Below are positions 1-4,692 of a stretch of DNA of 8,203 nt, piece by piece. Numbering within the stretch: the first letter of the stretch is position 1; the number at the start of each line of letters is the position of its first letter. The notes beneath the pieces are model-generated. The model saw only the letters and a list, made by a program, of their open reading frames with translations. It was not told the origin of the DNA and made no database searches. This DNA comes from Promethearchaeota archaeon (GTDB lineage: Archaea > Asgardarchaeota > Hermodarchaeia > Hermodarchaeales > Hermodarchaeaceae): contig JBHLMI010000050.1 in NCBI GenBank assembly GCA_048938295.1, forward strand, positions 1 through 8,203, read 5' to 3'. Both the position numbers and the translations under genes were made by a program.

Positions 1-357
1 ACCACCTTCACCATCAAAGGCGGACGCGGCGTCGGCGTCCTCGAAGCCCCCCGCGGCCTCCTCATCCACGACTACACTGCAAACGCGAATGGAATACTCA
101 CGAACGTCAACCTCATCGTCAGCACCGTCGGCAACAACCCCAGCATGGACCAAGGCGTCCAACACCTCGCCCAACGTCATATAAAGAATGGTCGAATTAA
201 TCAACAAATCATCAATAGTATCGAGATGGTCGTCCGCTGTTTCGACCCATGTTTATCCTGTGCCGTTCATGCGGTGAATGGTCACATGGCCATGCGGATC
301 AAAGTGCTGAATCATCTCGGTGAAACCACGCAAGTGATCCAGAATTTCGATAAGTAG
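1..357 (+). CDS. mvhA: [NiFe]-hydrogenase large subunit, group 3c (MvhA/VhuA-like), 3' part only; gene begins upstream of the window
   Basis: Frame +1 is open from base 1: TTFTIKGGRGVGVLEAPRGLLIHDYTANANGILTNVNLIVSTVGNNPSMDQGVQHLAQRHIKNGRINQQIINSIEMVVRCFDPCLSCAVHAVNGHMAMRIKVLNHLGETTQVIQNFDK*. It has the EAPRG motif, the L2 metal-binding motif DPCLSCAVH (244-270) and a C-terminal extension after the His. The NNPxM..G.Q..AQ..IK and EMV.R..DPCLSC.H pattern matches MvhA as I recall it. The supplied 145..357 ORF is only the distal part. Confidence 0.9.
   Translation, partial: TTFTIKGGRGVGVLEAPRGLLIHDYTANANGILTNVNLIVSTVGNNPSMDQGVQHLAQRHIKNGRINQQIINSIEMVVRCFDPCLSCAVHAVNGHMAMRIKVLNHLGETTQVIQNFDK
271..324 (+). 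repeat. Copy 1 of a diverged 54-nt direct repeat, encoding the start of the hydrogenase C-terminal extension (AVNGHMAMRIKVLNHLGE)
   Basis: gcggtgaatggtcacatggccatgcggatcaaagtgctgaatcatctcggtgaa aligns without gaps to 2465-2518 at 42/54 nt (hand alignment). Confidence 0.85.
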
Positions 358-361
358 CTGC

Positions 362-2272
362 TTATTTGTTGGCTTGCGTCGCAAGCCAGTTCTTCACCTT
401 TTTTCGTTTTGGGTTGGATGAGGGTAAAGCGATTTGTGCCCACCGTAGAGCGTCTGATTCTTCGAGTGTGTACATTTCCCATATCATCGATGTGCGATTG
501 TTTTGCTGTTGATGAATTTCTTTGGGCGTTTTATGCATGTTTATGCCCAGACTGGCGGTTAGTGCAAATTCATCTTCTAGAAGTCGACAGAGGTTCTCTT
601 CGATGATTTTACGAAGGTGTCTTGCTGCCAATTTAGTTTGTGGGTCCTTGGAATTCTCAAGGGCTTTGACTTTTCCATAAACGAGGATGGTTTCTTCTCG
701 TGGTGGTTCATCACGGATTTGCTGGACACGTTTTTCACCGTGAAATTTGATAAATTGATGGATTTCCGGGGGAATTTTTGATTTGAAGTCATAATTTTCA
801 GCTTTTGGTCCTGCATCTAGAACTTTGGCACGTTTAATTCCGAATTTTGCTCTTCCGTGTGTATCAAAATAGCCATCTTCGGGAATTACTTCTGACAGGT
901 AAGCACATCTGACCTTTTCCGAACCTTTTCGAACCAATTCTGGTAATCTGAAATTGGGGCTTAGATGCTTGTCGCCTGCAGGTACGCCATATTGTTCGAG
1001 AAGCCTTCCAATCGTTACTGGCATGTTCAGGCGATGGGCACTAGGAATTTTATCCTCAGTAATGTAGACATCCCCAAAGGCTTTCATCAGGTTCTTTACA
1101 TAAGCGCGTCGCTCAGCATCCTTTTCGATATATGTAAAATACTTCTTTTCATGGTGGATGTGTCCATCGCTCAAGGCAAGCCCCAAAAGACGTGAAATAA
1201 CTGTAACACGCTCTTCACCCTCCAGAAAAATTGGATTTTGAATACCTCCAACATCAAATCCATGTGCATCGCGTCCGAGGCGTGTGATGAAGAGTTGGAT
1301 ATCTTTGAACTCGCGTCCTGTGGTGTCGAGAAGTAGTTGGAGGGTTTCTCCAGTGAGGTAGAGGCGATGTTTGCAATAATCACCTAGATGTGATTTGCTA
1401 TGAGATAATTCACCTTTATGATCGGTGAGTTGGAGGGTGAGGCGGCTGAGTCCGATTGTGGTGGTGTTGAGGTGGCGTTTGGCGTCGTTGATGAGGAGGG
1501 ATTTGAGGTCGGTTGTGTCGAAGTAGAAGTATTCGTGTTTGAGGAGGGTGAGCCAGGCTTCTGGTTTAGTACGGTGGTGGTAGAGGTAGAGGGTGTGGTT
1601 GAAGATGCCGATTCGTATTCTTGTGTGGGGTTGATGGGTAAGGTTGATGTGTTGGTTGAGGACGTTTTCGACTTCTTCGTGGTGGTGTTCGAGGGATTTG
1701 GCGATGGTGCGGGTCCAGCGGGGTCCGGATTCGTGGTAGGGTTTGAGGTCGGCGATGAGGAGGCGTTTGAATTCGATCTTGTGATATATGGTTTCGATTG
1801 CTGCTGCGAGGGCTTCGGGTGTGTGGGGTTGGTCTTTGAGGTGGCGGACGGATTTGTAGATGATGCTTGAATCAATGCGGTAGGTGTGGTGTTGTTGGGG
1901 GAGTGTGGTTTCGTGCTCGAAGCGTGCTTTTTCATGGGTGATGAGGGATTCGAGAAGGCGAGGAATGTGTTCGTCACGGAGCCAATAGCTGACGACAATG
2001 TGGCTGATACCAAGGGTGTTGGCAAGTTTGTAGGTGCTGGTAGATGGGAGGGTGTGAGTGTGTTGGGCGTGTTTGAGGAGGAGGTAGCATTGGGCGTGCC
2101 AGTAGTGTTTGGGGAAGGAGGGGCGGTCGCGGAAGTAGGGGTGACGCTCTAGAAGAATGTTTAGTTGTTCAATGGTGGTTATGGTTAGGAGATTGGTCAT
2201 TGGTAGTTTGTCAGTGTTAGGTGTTGAATTTGGGTTGAAGAACTCCACAATTTGGTGTCGAATTTGGTTCAT
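362..2272 (-). CDS. Free-standing double-motif LAGLIDADG (DOD-type) homing-endonuclease-like protein with N-terminal HTH, 636 aa
   Basis: Motif 1 SRLLGLALSDGHI (~1157-1195) and motif 2 AYLSEVIPEDGYF (866-904), the latter preceded by LPELVRKGSEKVR as in intein DOD block E. Block-H-like LLEDEFALTASLGI, YGVPAGDK loop, and HTH-like STYKLANTLGISHIVVSYWLR near the N-terminus. No Hint/intein termini or flanking extein are visible; ATG directly follows an in-frame TAA. Confidence 0.85.
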   Translation of the reverse strand: MNQIRHQIVEFFNPNSTPNTDKLPMTNLLTITTIEQLNILLERHPYFRDRPSFPKHYWHAQCYLLLKHAQHTHTLPSTSTYKLANTLGISHIVVSYWLRDEHIPRLLESLITHEKARFEHETTLPQQHHTYRIDSSIIYKSVRHLKDQPHTPEALAAAIETIYHKIEFKRLLIADLKPYHESGPRWTRTIAKSLEHHHEEVENVLNQHINLTHQPHTRIRIGIFNHTLYLYHHRTKPEAWLTLLKHEYFYFDTTDLKSLLINDAKRHLNTTTIGLSRLTLQLTDHKGELSHSKSHLGDYCKHRLYLTGETLQLLLDTTGREFKDIQLFITRLGRDAHGFDVGGIQNPIFLEGEERVTVISRLLGLALSDGHIHHEKKYFTYIEKDAERRAYVKNLMKAFGDVYITEDKIPSAHRLNMPVTIGRLLEQYGVPAGDKHLSPNFRLPELVRKGSEKVRCAYLSEVIPEDGYFDTHGRAKFGIKRAKVLDAGPKAENYDFKSKIPPEIHQFIKFHGEKRVQQIRDEPPREETILVYGKVKALENSKDPQTKLAARHLRKIIEENLCRLLEDEFALTASLGINMHKTPKEIHQQQNNRTSMIWEMYTLEESDALRWAQIALPSSNPKRKKVKNWLATQANK

Positions 2273-2299
2273 TTATATGCGTTATGGTTTGGAGGCATG

Positions 2300-2416
2300 T
2301 TATGGGGTGTTGAAAAGGAGTATCATGAAGATGAGGACGTTGATGATGGACCCAATGGCGACTACAAGAACGAGGAACACTTTTTCAGCAGTGGACAGAT
2401 TCTCAAGTGGCATCAT
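2300..2416 (-). CDS. Small single-pass membrane peptide, 38 aa (MMPLENLSTAEKVFLVLVVAIGSIINVLIFMILLFNTP)
   Basis: Translated by hand; below the ORF-track cutoff. One ~23-residue hydrophobic run (VFLVLVVAIGSIINVLIFMILLF), in-frame TAG just upstream, AGGT SD-like motif before ATG, stop 27 nt ahead of the LAGLIDADG start on the same strand. Confidence 0.5.
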   Translation of the reverse strand: MMPLENLSTAEKVFLVLVVAIGSIINVLIFMILLFNTP

Positions 2417-2446
2417 GTTGACCTAGTGAATTGGCAACTAAATACT

Positions 2447-2518
2447 TGCTTGTCTGTGTTGTACGAGGCGAATGGTCACATTGCGGTGCGGGTGAAGGTG
2501 TTCAATCATCTGGGTGAG
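2447..2518 (+). pseudogene. Relic second copy of the hydrogenase large-subunit 3' end (decayed L2 motif plus C-terminal extension)
   Basis: 2465-2518 reads EANGHIAVRVKVFNHLGE versus AVNGHMAMRIKVLNHLGE at 271-324. Just upstream, tgcttgtctgtgttgtac resembles tgtttatcctgtgccgttcat (CLSCAVH) with 3 nt lost. No upstream hydrogenase sequence accompanies it. Confidence 0.75.
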
Positions 2519-2567
2519 AATATATCAAAATATTCCGCATATCGCAGGACGGGGAGGCATTATAGAG

Positions 2568-2577
2568 TATATAAAAA
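2568..2577. promoter_or_regulatory. Candidate archaeal TATA box in the divergent intergenic region
   Basis: TATATAAAAA on +, reading TTTTTATATA on -, between the divergent 2416(-) and 2652(+) starts. Direction cannot be assigned. Confidence 0.35.
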
Positions 2578-2641
2578 GCTGCTCCTCTAGATATCCCTTA
2601 ACGCATTAATTTGCTAGAGTCGTTATGTCACCTTTCAGGGC

Positions 2642-2648
2642 GGGGTGA
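2642..2648 (+). promoter_or_regulatory. Shine-Dalgarno site GGGGTGA
   Basis: Ends 3 nt before the GTG at 2652, supporting that start. Confidence 0.6.
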
Positions 2649-2651
2649 GCT

Positions 2652-3638
2652 GTGAAGAAGTTGGAATCCACGTTGAATGCAGACCCTTTACAGTGGCTGT
2701 TGGAAAAGGAGAATCCCTCAGTACGGTGGAGGTGCCTTCAGGATTTATTGAATATGCCTGGGGATCACCCTGACGTTGTAACGGCACGGGCAGCCATTCA
2801 GAAGAGTTTCATCGTCAGGGAATTGCTCCGGCACGAGGCGGATGGAAGGTGGCCGACGCAGAATAGGGGGTTATGGGCCGAAACGGGGCCAATCTTTTCA
2901 CTCCTATTGTTAGGTGAGCTAGGCGCGGCTCGAAACGATGCGGTTACCCGAACCCTTGACTGCCTCCATAGATACTATCAACGGGATTCCGGATTGATTA
3001 CTTATCATCCTGTGGAGCGCACAAGGAGCTATGATACGCAGCCAACCTTTGCCTGGTGTATCACCGCCGTCGTTTTACGCGCGGCTTTATTACTCGATTG
3101 TGCCAATCATCCCCTTGTTGCGCAGGCATTGGCGTTTCTGGAGGAGTACCATCAGGACAAGGGTGGTTGGTATTGTTCGGTCTATTCGGCGGATCCAAAG
3201 AAGGTGCACCCCCCCAACTGCTATATGGGGACTATCAAAGCTCTGAGCGCGCTCAGTTTAATCCCTGCACGAAGACGCTCCAAACGGCAACGTGCCATCA
3301 TCAAACAAGAAGTGGAAACCTGCCTAGCGAATCGGGTGTACTTGTATCGCGTCGATAAGAAAGGGCAACCCAAGGCACGCCAAGCGTGGACGAAATTTTC
3401 CTTCCCGCGCTATTGGCGCAGTGATGCATTGGAAGCCACCGACATTCTCACTAGCCTTGGTGTTCGGGATCCTCGATTAACCGACAGCCTCCAGCTCATC
3501 AAGAGCAAGCGACGGCCTAATGGCCGGTGGCTTCTCGACTTTTCTGAAACCAAACGTGCTCTCATCCAATTAGAAGAGGAGAAGCAACCGAGTAAATGGG
3601 TGACATTGTGTGCTCTCAGAACCTTATCGAGAGTTTGA
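2652..3638 (+). CDS. Prenyltransferase/squalene-cyclase-like (alpha/alpha)-barrel repeat protein of unknown function, 328 aa
   Basis: N-terminal DPLQWLLEKENPSVRW, QW-like repeats (HEADGRW, YQRDSG, HQDKGGW, KRRPNGRW), FSFPRYWRSDALE and C-terminal QPSKWVTLCALRTL match a widespread uncharacterised family I recognise. No DXDD cyclase motif seen. GTG start with SD. Confidence 0.75.
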   Translation: MKKLESTLNADPLQWLLEKENPSVRWRCLQDLLNMPGDHPDVVTARAAIQKSFIVRELLRHEADGRWPTQNRGLWAETGPIFSLLLLGELGAARNDAVTRTLDCLHRYYQRDSGLITYHPVERTRSYDTQPTFAWCITAVVLRAALLLDCANHPLVAQALAFLEEYHQDKGGWYCSVYSADPKKVHPPNCYMGTIKALSALSLIPARRRSKRQRAIIKQEVETCLANRVYLYRVDKKGQPKARQAWTKFSFPRYWRSDALEATDILTSLGVRDPRLTDSLQLIKSKRRPNGRWLLDFSETKRALIQLEEEKQPSKWVTLCALRTLSRV

Positions 3639-3657
3639 AGGATCCCATCCTCTGCGA

Positions 3658-4410
3658 TCAGCTGCTTGGAGACTGGCTGGCAATAAGCTGTTCTATCACC
3701 TGACTATGTTCACGTTCATGTTCAACAAAACGGCGTAACACTTTGCGGAGGGTCCAGCGTTCCTGAGGGTGGCGGGTGTGTTTGGCTCGTGTAAAAGTAC
3801 GAGGAACGCCTTGTGAAAAAGCTTTGTTAAGAACATGGAACGCACAGTGGCGAACCGCTGCGAGATGGGTGAGGATAGTTTTCTCTTCGCGGTGGGGTTG
3901 AGTGTGATGGAGTAGCTGTTCGTATTCGCGTTGAAGGGCAGAACCCAATCGGGAGATGTACCATTCTTCTGCATTCGCAATATGTCGGAGGGTCTCATTT
4001 ATTGTCCATTTCGTGGGCATCAAACGGGCCTCTCGCATTGCCTCTGATACTGGCTGTACCAAGGCAAGTAAGTCCTCTCGATTCCACTCCATCAGATGAA
4101 GAAACTGGCTGAACTCAACCAGAGAAAGAGACGCCAGGTCTGAGGAAAAGAGGGCAACAGCGCCTCCGGTCTCACCGAGTTCGGGAATCTCATTGGTTTC
4201 CTCAACAACTTGAAACTCCTTAGTTTTGATTGAAGAGTGTTGTCCTTTCCGCTGAAGAAATGCGAGATGTTGGGCAATCGCTTGAGTGAGTTCGTTCAGG
4301 ACGATTTCGCGAGTTGGTCCGCGGGTAAAACAACCCGGTAATTCGATGACATGGGCATACCACCAGCGTTCTCCATGTTCAAGATTCACCGACCATACTT
4401 GCGCACTCAT
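3658..4410 (-). CDS. HicB-like N-terminal domain fused to a DinB/YfiT-family four-helix metal-binding domain, 250 aa
   Basis: N-terminus WYAHVIELPGCFTRGPTREIVLNELTQAI fits the HicB partial RNase H fold pattern. C-terminus has WTINETLRHIANAEEWY and WTLRKVLRRFVEHEREH, giving the DinB His + HxxxH triad. Confidence 0.8.
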   Translation of the reverse strand: MSAQVWSVNLEHGERWWYAHVIELPGCFTRGPTREIVLNELTQAIAQHLAFLQRKGQHSSIKTKEFQVVEETNEIPELGETGGAVALFSSDLASLSLVEFSQFLHLMEWNREDLLALVQPVSEAMREARLMPTKWTINETLRHIANAEEWYISRLGSALQREYEQLLHHTQPHREEKTILTHLAAVRHCAFHVLNKAFSQGVPRTFTRAKHTRHPQERWTLRKVLRRFVEHEREHSQVIEQLIASQSPSS

Positions 4411-4563
4411 TCCATGCCATCACTTCTTTTCCTGTTATTTGTGAGTAGTTTTATGTTGGAATGTGTAACCTTGAGTTTTTTGTTTTTTAAGGCTGCGTGC
4501 GCGGAGACGTTCTAGTGGCTAGTGAGGTGGTGGTGTGTGGCGGATTGTTGCTAGGAAGTGAGG

Positions 4564-4610
4564 TCAGCGGAAAGGCTGAGGGTGCCGCCTGCTGTGGCGT
4601 AGGCAGCACC
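4564..4610. other. Two adjacent predicted stem-loops in the divergent intergenic region
   Basis: tcagc-ggaaag-gctga (4564-4579) and ggtgc-c-gcctgc-tgtggc-gtaggc-a-gcacc (4581-4610; 11 bp including one G-U, one mismatch). Paired by eye; no known RNA family recognised. Confidence 0.4.
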
Positions 4611-4659
4611 GATCTCTTGAAGTGGGGTCTAAAAACAGCTAGCTAAAAACCTCTGTCTA

Positions 4660-4665
4660 TTTATA
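4660..4665 (+). promoter_or_regulatory. Candidate TATA box (TTTATA) for the surface-protein gene
   Basis: Ends 27 nt before ATG 4693, spacing consistent with an archaeal leaderless or short-leader transcript. Confidence 0.5.
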
Positions 4666-4692
4666 GAAAGATGTTCCATAAGCGGGGTTAGG

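Larger units (their letters stand above)
271..2518. mobile_element. Putative homing-endonuclease cassette bracketed by two versions of the hydrogenase 3' tail
   Basis: Inferred from the architecture: tail copy 1, LAGLIDADG gene, small TM ORF, tail copy 2. No integrase, transposase or terminal inverted repeats seen; exact boundaries uncertain. Confidence 0.45.

Noticed and set aside
238-270. Selenocysteine-type or otherwise atypical L2 motif (RCFDPCLSC)
   Set aside because: Both ligand codons are TGT, so no Sec. Cys before F/Y-DPC is variation I recall in other group 3 enzymes.
913-934. Short imperfect tandem repeat (cttttccgaac/cttttcgaac)
   Set aside because: Two units inside coding sequence (VRKGSEKV); consistent with chance.
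1384-2025. 213-aa S/T/P/N-rich ORF on - strand resembling a mucin-like linker
   Set aside because: Alternative frame within the LAGLIDADG gene; the C/A-rich strand lacks stops, so it is a compositional shadow.
1418-2152. V/G/E/F-rich + strand ORFs (1418..1870, 1886..2152)
   Set aside because: Antisense shadows of the skewed half of the LAGLIDADG gene; low complexity, no motifs.
362-2272. Intein or intron origin for the LAGLIDADG ORF
   Set aside because: Antisense to the hydrogenase, has its own start and stop, and shows no Cys/Ser start, His-Asn end or bulge-helix-bulge junction that I could find.
2252-2590. 112-aa + strand ORF as a real full-length gene or VhuU-like subunit
   Set aside because: TTG start overlapping the endonuclease start, middle is antisense to the TM peptide, and the frame lacks the DP and second Cys of DPCxxC. 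Only the tail relic is supported.
3031-3358. Overlapping short ORFs inside the prenyltransferase-like gene, and similar short ORFs inside other long genes
   Set aside because: Off-frame or antisense to well-supported CDSs, with no recognisable motifs or RBS.
4500-4620. SRP RNA, RNase P RNA, tRNA or SECIS in the intergenic region
   Set aside because: A GGAAAG loop is present but none of the surrounding conserved motifs or cloverleaf arms could be found.
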